Source of the DNA: a virus
Taxonomy: Duplodnaviria; Caudoviricetes
IMG/VR virus record: IMGVR_UViG_3300020045_004371
Location: 1-34,862 of that record
Direction: 5' to 3' (one strand)
Length of the DNA: 34,862 nucleotides
Shown here one piece after another: positions 1 through 8,533 of this stretch. The notes beneath the pieces are model-generated. The model saw nothing but the letters and a program-made list of their open reading frames with translations, had not been told where the DNA came from and made no database searches. Every line of letters starts with the position of its first letter. The stretch's first letter is position 1. Position numbers and translations under genes: made by a program.

Positions 1-121
1 AAAAATAAAAGAGAGTACAGAACCAAAATAAAAAAAGGCCCATTAAGGGCCTTTACTGTTTGCGTAATCGATTAGTCCTGATAGCTGGTCAATCTTCCAT
101 TTTCGAAGTACAAGTAGCTTC
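1..121. repeat. Terminal direct repeat (circular assembly overlap), copy 1
   Basis: Bases 1-121 are identical to 34742-34862; the holin-like ORF stop and terminator read continuously across the junction. Confidence 0.95.
30..54. terminator. Bidirectional intrinsic terminator between holin-like gene and convergent secreted-protein gene
   Basis: AAAGGCCC-ATTAA-GGGCCTTT hairpin with A/T tails between convergent stops. Confidence 0.8.
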
Positions 122-785
122 CATCTCCGTAGACCCATTGTTCACGCGTACCATATTTACTACCACTTCGATTAATTGAATTTGGCTTACCCCAATTAGT
201 TTGCTCAACAACCTGTTTTGCAGTCATGCCAAAACGAACGCCAGGCCTAGTAGATTGCTCGCAGAGTTCTTTCATGTTCGCAAGACTAGATTCCCATTCA
301 GAGTCAGTGGCGTTGTATACCCTATGGAACGATGGACGTTTAAAGGCATCGAAGTATTTAATACATTGCGATGATAGCGGTTTGCCTCCATGTGACTTTA
401 TCCAATCCTTTACTCTCTGTTCGGATTGTTGCTCGGCTACTTCAGCAAGCCGAATCTTCTCCAGTCTATTAGCTTCTAGCTTTGCATCAGCTTTATCTTG
501 TACGACCTGATCACTAGGGCAACTTTCTATTACAAGTGCAAGTTTGGATGTTAGGTCGTTAACTGTCTCGATGCTCTTGTTATACAAGTCCGCGTATTGA
601 GGGTATTTTTTATACCGTGCGGCAAGCTCTTCGTAACGACTCTGGGCAGCTGTGAGATTATTCTCGTACACCACGATGTTGCTGCACGACGTTGCTTGTT
701 CGGCATAAGCAGTAGTAGAGATTGCCATTAGAAGTGCAACGATGCTCTTTCTAAAGCCTAAATTAGCTACTTGAGATTTGGTCAT
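72..785 (-). CDS. Secreted/periplasmic protein with C-terminal BamE/SmpA-OmlA (BLIP-like) domain; moron-like
   Basis: Signal peptide ending AYA-; C-terminal GMTxxQV...WGKP...EQWVY...YLYFENGRL pattern; AAGGA RBS. Confidence 0.7.
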   Translation of the reverse strand: MTKSQVANLGFRKSIVALLMAISTTAYAEQATSCSNIVVYENNLTAAQSRYEELAARYKKYPQYADLYNKSIETVNDLTSKLALVIESCPSDQVVQDKADAKLEANRLEKIRLAEVAEQQSEQRVKDWIKSHGGKPLSSQCIKYFDAFKRPSFHRVYNATDSEWESSLANMKELCEQSTRPGVRFGMTAKQVVEQTNWGKPNSINRSGSKYGTREQWVYGDGSYLYFENGRLTSYQD

Positions 786-872
786 GATTAGTTCCTTTTG
801 AATTGATGGGATGACTTAATTAGTATCCTCACTACGTACTTATGGCTGCAACGCAAAACTACACCCAATACG

Positions 873-901
873 TTGTCAACAAACTGATATCAGTGGATGA
901 T
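873..901 (+). promoter_or_regulatory. Putative sigma70 promoter of int with palindromic operator in spacer
   Basis: TTGTCA(873)-N17-GATGAT(896); perfect palindrome ACTGATATCAGT at 883-894. Confidence 0.45.
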
Positions 902-2069
902 TACTATATCAGTCAGAAAACAAATTCACAGCAGGGGTTCAAAAGTGTCAATAGTTAGCCATCCAGGATCAAAATTTCTATACATGTCATTTCAAGTAGA
1001 TGGCAAGAAGGTTTTTAAAAGCACCAAGACAGCAAACAAAGCTATTGCTCGTCAGATTGAGGCAAAAGAGCGGGAACGCATTGTTAAGGAGAAAATGCTT
1101 GGACGCGATCTCGAAATAATTACGTTTGGTGATGCACTAGAAAAGTTCATTGACTCAAAAGCTGGTACTCCACGTGGTAAACAGCTGCAAACAATTGTCA
1201 ACCCGTTGAAAGGTCTGAAGCGGGACAATAAGACCAAGCAACAGGTAAAGGTGTACGGAATTGATTTCGGTATACCTATCCACTTGTTGAAATCCTCTGA
1301 CATTAATAGGTTGATTGAAGCGCGTCGTAAAGAGGGAAGTGCTGAGGCAACGATACGACAGCACGTTATTGCAATTGCCTCAACTCTGAAATGGGCAAAA
1401 CAGATGGGCTATCTTGTCGATCAAGCAACAACAGCACCGACGATCCGTATGGCGAAGAAGCAACCAATCTTTCTTACCGCAGATGAAGAACGGAGTCTGT
1501 TGGAGTCACTTGATCCAACTGCGGCACGAGCTGGTTACGGAAACTTCGGCACTCGTCCAGAAAAGCGCCAACAACGACTGCAGGATCAATACGACTTCGT
1601 GACGTGTTTGCTTGATACTGGTGGTCGCTATCACGAGGTCACGCACCTTGAGTGGAAGGACGTTGATCTTGCTAATGGACTAATGTATGTCCGTCAGCAC
1701 AAGGTCGATAAAGCGCACACGGTCTATATGTCGGATCGTATTAAAGAAGTGCTAACCACACGAGTAGCAAACAAGTCTCACGAGACCTGGGTATTTCCAA
1801 ATGATGAGCGTAACAGCCATCGCCCGTACCACACTGGATGGTTCCTACGAGCTGTGGAACGTGCTGGAATTGAAAAGAAGATACGGTTTCATAAATTACG
1901 TTCGACCTATGCTTGCAAGCTAGTACAGAATGGAGCATCGTTATATGAGGTCCAAACACTGCTAGGTCACTCTGATTCAGCAACTACACAAATCTATGCT
2001 AGCCTTATCGCTACAGACGTATCCAAGAAGGCTGCTGACATGCTGAACAAGATTCAGGCTAGAGTGTGA
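897..2069 (+). CDS. int: Tyrosine recombinase (phage integrase); likely start GTG at 945
   Basis: TGGRYHE (R), FHKLRSTYA (HxLR), LLGHSD...TTQIYA (H, Y) catalytic motifs; N-terminal arm-binding-like region; AGGGG RBS before GTG 945. Confidence 0.95.
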   Translation: MITISVRKQIHSRGSKVSIVSHPGSKFLYMSFQVDGKKVFKSTKTANKAIARQIEAKERERIVKEKMLGRDLEIITFGDALEKFIDSKAGTPRGKQLQTIVNPLKGLKRDNKTKQQVKVYGIDFGIPIHLLKSSDINRLIEARRKEGSAEATIRQHVIAIASTLKWAKQMGYLVDQATTAPTIRMAKKQPIFLTADEERSLLESLDPTAARAGYGNFGTRPEKRQQRLQDQYDFVTCLLDTGGRYHEVTHLEWKDVDLANGLMYVRQHKVDKAHTVYMSDRIKEVLTTRVANKSHETWVFPNDERNSHRPYHTGWFLRAVERAGIEKKIRFHKLRSTYACKLVQNGASLYEVQTLLGHSDSATTQIYASLIATDVSKKAADMLNKIQARV

Positions 2070-2084
2070 ACAACACAGCCAAGG

Positions 2085-2113
2085 AAAAAGCCCACCTAAT
2101 AGGTGGGCTTTTT
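2085..2113. terminator. Bidirectional intrinsic terminator
   Basis: AAAAAGCCCACCT-AAT-AGGTGGGCTTTTT between convergent genes. Confidence 0.9.
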
Positions 2114-2449
2114 CTATTGTGCATTAGCTGATTCTGTTGACTTGGCAAGTCTCTTGCGGTACGCACGACCTCGCGCTTCCTCGTTTAACCGTTCGCGGTG
2201 TGCTTTGCGGTATTCAATTTGGTAAAGCCGCATGTATTCACGAACCTGCAACCTGTGTTCTTCTCGATAGATGCGGTAATACTCCGTATTTTCTTCACGG
2301 TGTGCCTTATTCCACTCTTTTAAATTGGCGTAGACCTTTTCTCTATTGGCATCTACCCATTTCTTTGAATAGGCCCGTTGTCTCTCGCGCTGTAGTTCGG
2401 TGCGTTCTTTCTTTTCTACCTGTTCTGTCTGTTCGATACTGTCTGTCAT
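2114..2449 (-). CDS. R/K/E/Y-rich helical repeat protein, possibly nucleic-acid binding
   Basis: ATG at 2449 with GGAGA RBS; ~15-aa repeats (WVDANREK, WNKAHREE, YREEHRLQ, YRKAHRER); ends at terminator. Confidence 0.7.
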   Translation of the reverse strand: MTDSIEQTEQVEKKERTELQRERQRAYSKKWVDANREKVYANLKEWNKAHREENTEYYRIYREEHRLQVREYMRLYQIEYRKAHRERLNEEARGRAYRKRLAKSTESANAQ

Positions 2450-2608
2450 TTTGGTGTTCTCCAAGTGCTCACTATGTACTTATCTCTAAATGCAAAAGCA
2501 CCATAAGAAAATAGACAGAAATATCGAAAAACAGGTTCTATCTCGTTGTCTTGGAACTTGGTTGCCGTGAAGATACCCCTAACAGCAAACAAACACATGG
2601 AGTTAAAA

Positions 2609-2770
2609 ATGGCCCAATTCAAAGTAGTCTTCACAGTTACAAAATACATTCACCCGTTCACCGAAGTTGTGGAAGCAGCTTCTGTAGAAGAAGCTAAACA
2701 GATCGTTACTGATTTGGTCATCAGTTTGGAATGGTCTGTTAATCAAATCGTGGCTGTCATTCAACAATAG
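2609..2770 (+). CDS. Small hypothetical protein (53 aa from ATG 2609)
   Basis: GGAG RBS before ATG 2609; VEAASVEEAK motif common in small phage proteins; weak TTGTCT-N17-GAAGAT promoter at 2546-2574. Confidence 0.6.
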   Translation: MAQFKVVFTVTKYIHPFTEVVEAASVEEAKQIVTDLVISLEWSVNQIVAVIQQ

Positions 2771-2781
2771 GAGTTTTTATT

Positions 2782-3171
2782 ATGTCTAATGTCTACTCAC
2801 AACGTAGTTCTGCTGTTCGTGCTGCCAAGGCTGCATGTGGTCCTGATCAAGAATGGGTGATCGTGCCGAATGAAGAGGGCTTTACATTCACTCTTCTGAA
2901 CGAAAACGAAAAGCAACCGGTTTCCAAAGTTGCCGCAAAGCACACACAACCCGCTCCAACAGCTAGGGCTCCCAAGGTGGTATCGAAGGGTGCCGAAACT
3001 GCTGCCGAGGCTCCTAGGGTGTCCAAAATGGCCTTGGCGACCGAAATCTACGACCGGATGACCAAGGCTGGCAATGCTCGTAAGGACATCCTGCTCGCTT
3101 TCATCGCCGAAGCGGGGTTGACCAAGGCCGGTGCCAGCACGTATCACCAGTCGATAAAGAGCAAAAAATAG
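2782..3171 (+). CDS. Hypothetical protein with basic C-terminal helical domain (possible DNA binding)
   Basis: AGGAG RBS; Ala/Pro/Lys linker then RKDILLAFIAEAGLTKAGASTYHQSIK; followed by terminator. Confidence 0.7.
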   Translation: MSNVYSQRSSAVRAAKAACGPDQEWVIVPNEEGFTFTLLNENEKQPVSKVAAKHTQPAPTARAPKVVSKGAETAAEAPRVSKMALATEIYDRMTKAGNARKDILLAFIAEAGLTKAGASTYHQSIKSKK

Positions 3172-3193
3172 ATCGCCGATCTCTCACCAAATC

Positions 3194-3221
3194 AAAGCCG
3201 CTTTAAATGCGGCTTTTTTTT
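3194..3221 (+). terminator. Intrinsic terminator
   Basis: AAAGCCGC-TTTAAAT-GCGGCTTTTTTTT. Confidence 0.85.
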
Positions 3222-3253
3222 CGGCCTAAAATACACAATCAACAGGAGATACG

Positions 3254-3541
3254 ATGAAGCTACATGATGGTACGGGTGCAGAGGACGAGTTTTTGAACGA
3301 GGCAATGTCCAACCTGGAGAAGTATTCAATCTCCTATGGCAAGACAGCTTCAAAGATACAGGCCGATATAGCGGCCCTCAATCCAATTGACGACGCAGAA
3401 TACATTACTGAGCAGAAGCGCGTTGAAGCTAAATTCCGTGCTCTCGCTATCGTGTGCAGAATAGCGTATGAGAACATGAACCTCGTTGAAAGTCTGTACA
3501 ACCCAACTGATGAAGTCCAAGAAGGTAATAAGCGTGGGTAG
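3254..3541 (+). CDS. Hypothetical protein
   Basis: AGGAG RBS, 95 aa, helical. Confidence 0.7.
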   Translation: MKLHDGTGAEDEFLNEAMSNLEKYSISYGKTASKIQADIAALNPIDDAEYITEQKRVEAKFRALAIVCRIAYENMNLVESLYNPTDEVQEGNKRG

Positions 3542-3735
3542 TTCTGTCCACGATTTAGTCCACACTGTTATTCAATCGTCAGTGATAAGTTAAGCGTGGT
3601 CTCTTCCAGCTGGTTGTGGACTGCTGGTAAGTAATAGAGTGAGAGTTGCTTAATTTATTTTTGAAAAATTGCACAGTTTTTTGTTGTCAACCATAAGTAC
3701 ATTAGTGAGATGTTTATTCTCACTAATAAAAAAGA

Positions 3736-3975
3736 ATGGAACACAAAATGGACTACGCAAACATAATCAATCAATCGACAGAAGAACTAAGCCAACTACG
3801 CGACAGCATCAAGAACGTCTATGCAAGTTTGGAGATCGCAAGTGAGGAGGACTGCAACCTAATTCTATTGGACACAGTTCTACTGATTCGTCAGCACAGA
3901 GCAGATCGTCGTCAGCAATTAGTTGAGCTACAGGCCGAGTACGGTGACGAAATCGGAAAATTTAATGACGTTTAA
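3736..3975 (+). CDS. Hypothetical acidic coiled-coil protein (start may be 3748)
   Basis: ORF downstream of CATAAGTA box at 3692. Confidence 0.6.
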   Translation: MEHKMDYANIINQSTEELSQLRDSIKNVYASLEIASEEDCNLILLDTVLLIRQHRADRRQQLVELQAEYGDEIGKFNDV

Positions 3976-4180
3976 TTGTGTAAGTTTGTTGGACGCACAT
4001 AAGTACGTATAGAGATTAAGAAATATCTCAAGTCTGTAGAAGGACTCTAAACACAGCAAGTAGATGTATCGCTAACCCCGAATACAGCCTAGAGGACAAA
4101 TATTCATCATGTATGAATCCTACTTGCACTGTTCTACCAGTTAGTCTTTATAGGCATACACATATACAAAGGGGCGTTAC

Positions 4181-4393
4181 ATGCTTATAAATCAAAAAGC
4201 AATAGCAGCAGATACTAAAGATGATGTGGCGATTATCGTCACTCAAGCAATAGAGATCATTGATAAAAACCTTGGTGCAGGCTACGCACGCAAGAACCCA
4301 ATGATGATTGCATCAGTTGCACAAACTCTGGCAATCGTCAGAGAGACCAATTTCAAGATGCGCAGCAACGATGTGGGTGATAGCAATGTCTAA
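4181..4393 (+). CDS. Hypothetical protein heading the replication operon
   Basis: AGGGG RBS; IDKNLGAGYARKNP motif; stop overlaps primase start. Confidence 0.65.
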   Translation: MLINQKAIAADTKDDVAIIVTQAIEIIDKNLGAGYARKNPMMIASVAQTLAIVRETNFKMRSNDVGDSNV

Positions 4394-5363
4394 TATTGAT
4401 CACTCAATTACAGTCAATACGTTTGCTTGTGCAAAGCACACATACGGATTTGCAACACATAACATTCGTTGGGGTGAGTGGGTCGAGTTCATTACAAGCG
4501 GCCATGAAATCAGAGAAGACAAAGATGGTCCAATGTTCAACGGTGCTATGTTCGATAACGTCGAAGGTGGTGACACTATTCATCGATCAGAGCAAAACGT
4601 TGTCGGTTACAGCTTATTGATATTGGACTATGACGGTCCTCTAAAGATCAAACACGCTAAGCAATTATTTGCAGATACTGAATACGTTGGATACACATCG
4701 TATCGCCACAACCATCCAGAAAAGAACCACGTTGATTGCTTCCGCATTGTGGTGCCATTGCGCAATCGAGTGGAGAAGGAAGAGATTACAAGCCGTCGTA
4801 CTAAAGTCCTGATCGATTGGGCTGGTGGGTTGTATCCTGATCCAGTTAGTAAAAATAATCTACCAATTGTTGATCGCTCCACATTCAGCCACAGCCGTAG
4901 CTTCTATACACCTAGTGTCTCTGCGGCACAGGTTCAGTTTGCCGAAGCTTGGCACAATGCTGGTGAACTATTTGATATCACAACACTAGCTCTCGATCCT
5001 GTTGAGAAGTTCGAAAAAGGTCCAGTAGTCGAAACATACCATAGTGATGAGTTTAAGCAACGCGTTGTCGATGCACTAAAGCAGATAAACGGACTAGACT
5101 ACCAAGAGTGGTTAGTGACAATGCTTGCAATGTGCTCTAACGACTATTCATATCTTCAGTTCCTTGACGCTACAAACGAATCCAATAGCAGTACAACAGC
5201 GAATCTGTGGAGGTCTACACAAGCTAAGGTTGGACAGGGCACAACACGTGGAATGGGAGTACTCGTCAACCAGTGCAAGAAGTACGGCACATGGAAGACA
5301 GACACCGAACAAAGAATTGAGACATTACAGAAGCGCCTTGCCGCTATAAGGGGAACAAAATGA
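4386..5363 (+). CDS. AEP-family primase(-polymerase) with C-terminal PriCT-2-like domain
   Basis: LILDYD (DxD), YTSYRH, FRIVVPL, D...S..FY motifs; LDYQEWLVTMLAM PriCT-like; ATG 4386 overlaps upstream gene; coupled to helicase by ATGA. Confidence 0.8.
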   Translation: MSNIDHSITVNTFACAKHTYGFATHNIRWGEWVEFITSGHEIREDKDGPMFNGAMFDNVEGGDTIHRSEQNVVGYSLLILDYDGPLKIKHAKQLFADTEYVGYTSYRHNHPEKNHVDCFRIVVPLRNRVEKEEITSRRTKVLIDWAGGLYPDPVSKNNLPIVDRSTFSHSRSFYTPSVSAAQVQFAEAWHNAGELFDITTLALDPVEKFEKGPVVETYHSDEFKQRVVDALKQINGLDYQEWLVTMLAMCSNDYSYLQFLDATNESNSSTTANLWRSTQAKVGQGTTRGMGVLVNQCKKYGTWKTDTEQRIETLQKRLAAIRGTK

Positions 5364-6907
5364 ACACAGAAAATAACACAGCAGCGCTTGCAGAGATTAA
5401 TGAAATCCAACAGCAGGCTAAAGACAAAGTTAAGGTCAAAGTAAAAGAATGGGCTACGATGACCAAGCGGGAGCAAAACGATGTTGAATTCCTTATTGCA
5501 CAACGAGCAGCATATCAATCCACATTTGATGATCCTTCTGCTAACAAGAGCTATATCAAGATTGAAAATGCATTGTTCGATGCAGAGCAGAAGGCTGAGA
5601 AGGAATTAAAGAGACTCGATAAGAGTGGTGGCGATGATTACAGCTCAATGAATGAAGCTGAGAAACGCCAGTTTGTTTGTACTCTACTTGATCCACACTA
5701 TCGCAAGGGCTTTGGTCGTGACGGTACAAAGAGAATGCTCAAGGTCATTGATGCAGCGAGTCAGGTAGTTTCGATTGTCGATAATAAGCAGGCGATGCAG
5801 GAGCAGGTAGAGCAAACAATCGCTGACTTAGTAGTTGAGAAAGGTGAAACACTTTCACCGTATCTAATTGCAGAGCTAGCAAAGTATTGGAATCTCTATG
5901 GCGAAGCGATCCCAGAAAGCTTAGTCACTTATGGTGGATTGACTGACGACAAGTGGGTACTAGGACGGTCTAAGCACAAGCCGCTAGCTGGACCAATGCC
6001 AACTTGGAACAACTTCATGAAGCGGATGAATGATCCAAAGGCGTTTGCTGCATGGATCTACGGTGTAGCTTCACAGCGTTATAGAGGTCGTCAGGTTCTA
6101 TGGATGCACGGTGCAGAGGGTGAAGACGGTAAGACGTTCATCCAGAAGATCATTGCAAATGAAATCTTTCCTAACGTGACCGCCGCCATGTCCAACCACG
6201 CACTGAGCGAAGGTGCTGCACGTTTCATGCAGGCTGACTTTGAAGGCAAGGTACTTGCTACCTGGGGAGACTGTAACAACGCCGCTGTACTGCTTAGAGA
6301 GGATATCAAGCAGCTATCAGCAGGAGCTGAAGGGGACGTTGCACGAGTCGAGAAGAAGAACAAGCAAGCGTACTCTGCACAGATGGAAGCTGTCTTGTGG
6401 ATCAACAGCAACTTCCGTCCAATCGTGACAGGCGACAACTTTGTCAGGTCCAGACTTTTGTACATCAACCTGGAGAAGTTGGAAGAGCCGAAAGACATTA
6501 CGCTGAAGGCTAAGTTCATTGCAGAGCTACCAGCACTATTGGCATACGGCGAGCAGTGCTATACAGAGCTTTGCACCGACAACCGCAAAGTTGTCCAGAA
6601 TAATCAGTCCAATGAGTCTATTGACGAGATGGTGCTTGAGTCTGAAGGCGAATACGAGTCGATCTTTAGCAGGTACTTTACTGTTATCAAGGAAACAGCT
6701 CGCACAGCAGGAAGCTCTTATGCGCTGGTGTCAGATATTCCTCCAATCTTGAAGAAAGAAGGATTGAAATCTAACATTGCTCAAGGATGGTGGTACGACT
6801 GGTTATCAAAGAGACACCAACTGGTGCGCAGTCAGAGAGTAGTAGGAGACAAGAAACGCTCTGTGATTGTTGGACTAAAGATCAAAGACTCTGCTTGGAA
6901 AATATAA
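5360..6907 (+). CDS. SF3/D5-like helicase (primase-associated NTPase)
   Basis: Walker A variant GAEGEDGKT, Walker B-like LATWGD, VEKKNKQAY, motif C LWINSN, then RSRL arginine finger. Confidence 0.8.
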   Translation: MNTENNTAALAEINEIQQQAKDKVKVKVKEWATMTKREQNDVEFLIAQRAAYQSTFDDPSANKSYIKIENALFDAEQKAEKELKRLDKSGGDDYSSMNEAEKRQFVCTLLDPHYRKGFGRDGTKRMLKVIDAASQVVSIVDNKQAMQEQVEQTIADLVVEKGETLSPYLIAELAKYWNLYGEAIPESLVTYGGLTDDKWVLGRSKHKPLAGPMPTWNNFMKRMNDPKAFAAWIYGVASQRYRGRQVLWMHGAEGEDGKTFIQKIIANEIFPNVTAAMSNHALSEGAARFMQADFEGKVLATWGDCNNAAVLLREDIKQLSAGAEGDVARVEKKNKQAYSAQMEAVLWINSNFRPIVTGDNFVRSRLLYINLEKLEEPKDITLKAKFIAELPALLAYGEQCYTELCTDNRKVVQNNQSNESIDEMVLESEGEYESIFSRYFTVIKETARTAGSSYALVSDIPPILKKEGLKSNIAQGWWYDWLSKRHQLVRSQRVVGDKKRSVIVGLKIKDSAWKI

Positions 6908-6930
6908 AAAGGCCCGAAAGGGCCTTTTTT
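6906..6930. terminator. Bidirectional intrinsic terminator
   Basis: AAAAAGGCCC-GAAA-GGGCCTTTTTT between helicase and H-NS-like gene. Confidence 0.9.
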
Positions 6931-6946
6931 CATGCGGTGAAACTTT

Positions 6947-7282
6947 TTACTTGATCAGCAGGTCATCAAGAGTCTTACCAGCGGCTTGTTGTTCCTTGAC
7001 CCACTTAGGTGTCGGACCTTTACCACCAGCCCATGTTTGTGATGGGTTGTCAGGATTGGCGTACTTCGCAGGTTGCTTACCCTTTGCGGTCACTGTAGCT
7101 TGCTTATTTGATGCACGACCACCAGATGCGAATCCCAATTCAGCAGCGGTAAAGCCGTATGTTGCAATCCTGTTGAGGATCGACGACAGAGCTTCGTGAC
7201 GGTTCTTTTCCAACAGAGCTTGGCGCTTTGCCTGAAGCGCATCGATTTCTTTGTCAAGTTGGCTGATTTGTGTGTCATCCAT
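6947..7282 (-). CDS. hns: H-NS family nucleoid-associated protein (Burkholderiales Bv3F-like type)
   Basis: N-terminal coiled coil, IATYGFTAAELG, C-terminal PAKYANPDNPSQTWAGGKGPTPKW DNA-binding motif; AAGGA RBS before ATG 7282. Confidence 0.9.
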   Translation of the reverse strand: MDDTQISQLDKEIDALQAKRQALLEKNRHEALSSILNRIATYGFTAAELGFASGGRASNKQATVTAKGKQPAKYANPDNPSQTWAGGKGPTPKWVKEQQAAGKTLDDLLIK

Positions 7283-7402
7283 TTGGTATTCATCCTTTGT
7301 TGTTGAGTAACAGTAGCGATGATACAACACAGTAGCACGTATTGCTCATAGAGTTTTTCCTAACACAGATAAATACATACCTACACAGTGAGGAATGCAT
7401 TC

Positions 7403-7771
7403 ATGATTACAGATAGAGAATACAACAAACAGGTTGCAGAGATTAATAGACACTACCACAAGTTGTGGGTAAGCGGTGCTGAGCTAAAAATAAAGGCTCG
7501 TCTTGTACAATTAAAGAAGTACGAAAATCGGCTAGAGGAGGTTAAGGAAGACGTCACCAGATTAGTGGAGGGTGAGATGGATCAGCAATTCAAGAGACCA
7601 TCAGACAAAGATATCACTCTAGAGCGGTTTATCAACAACCTTAACAAGTATCATCACTTGATCGAGAAGATGAAGCGCGAGCTGATCATCTTCAGAAAAC
7701 ACTTACCAACTGAGGGTGATGATGGCGGAAGTACTGACACAGGAGCAGTTGAAGACAAGGTTGCACTATGA
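7403..7771 (+). CDS. Hypothetical basic coiled-coil protein
   Basis: GAGGA RBS before ATG 7403; GATAAATA box at 7368. Confidence 0.65.
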   Translation: MITDREYNKQVAEINRHYHKLWVSGAELKIKARLVQLKKYENRLEEVKEDVTRLVEGEMDQQFKRPSDKDITLERFINNLNKYHHLIEKMKRELIIFRKHLPTEGDDGGSTDTGAVEDKVAL

Positions 7772-8267
7772 CCCGTTGACCGGAATCTTTACACGCCTAG
7801 CTGTTTGGTCCAATCGTCAAATAGTCGGTGAACAAGTTGGAGCGGTACGACCGAATGGTTCTCTCCACACAATGTTAAACGGTAAGCTATATGCAATGGA
7901 TAAGTTGGCAGTGTTGTATATGACTGGACAATTAATTACAGACCGTGTGCAGCATCTAAATCACGACATTGCAAACAATGTTTGGAGCAATTTAAGAGTC
8001 GGGACAGTGGGCGAAGTTAATCAAGATAGAAAAGTATACGAAGGCAGGAACAAGTACGGCCACACAGGTGTGAAGATGCATACTGGTGGCAAGTACTTTT
8101 CAACGATTCGCCATGAGGGTGTCGCCTATCATTCGAGATTAGTTGACACACCTGAAGAAGCTGGAGAGGCTTACAAGGCTGCAAAGCTGGATATACACAA
8201 GTTCTTCCGCGAGAATGAAATAATAAGGGCTAAAAAGGACAGAGATTCCGACGAGCCACATAAATAG
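7722..8267 (+). CDS. HNH endonuclease-like protein with C-terminal AP2-like domain (HNH motif degenerate)
   Basis: LTQEQLKTRLHYDPLTGIFT N-terminus, LAVLYMTG...VQHLNHDIANNVWSNLR, NKYGHTGV...TPEEAGEAY AP2 pattern. Confidence 0.8.
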   Translation: MAEVLTQEQLKTRLHYDPLTGIFTRLAVWSNRQIVGEQVGAVRPNGSLHTMLNGKLYAMDKLAVLYMTGQLITDRVQHLNHDIANNVWSNLRVGTVGEVNQDRKVYEGRNKYGHTGVKMHTGGKYFSTIRHEGVAYHSRLVDTPEEAGEAYKAAKLDIHKFFRENEIIRAKKDRDSDEPHK

Positions 8268-8311
8268 AATTACATGCTGTTGTGATTAGCGGCATGTAAC
8301 ATAGTCCCTTT

Positions 8312-8352
8312 AAATCCCCAACTGTATGCAATGTACTGTTGGGGATTTTTTT
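8312..8352. terminator. Intrinsic terminator (probably bidirectional)
   Basis: AAATCCCCAAC...GTTGGGGATTTTTTT. Confidence 0.8.
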
Positions 8353-8533
8353 ATGCGTGGACGATTGATCTAGTACGGTTGGGCGCGTGATGAGCTAGGT
8401 AGTACGCGAGGTTGTAGGCAGCGCGAACCTTCTTCTGCTTGGCATAGTTTGCAAACTTCTCAGGATTGGCGTGACGGTAGAGCTTGTTACGGATACGATT
8501 CTTTTCACGTTGTTCAGCAGTGGTGTTAGACAT
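8351..8533 (-). CDS. Small basic helical protein (60 aa)
   Basis: AAGGAG RBS before ATG 8533; YRHANPEK motif like the 2114-2449 protein; ends at terminator. Confidence 0.6.
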   Translation of the reverse strand: MSNTTAEQREKNRIRNKLYRHANPEKFANYAKQKKVRAAYNLAYYLAHHAPNRTRSIVHA

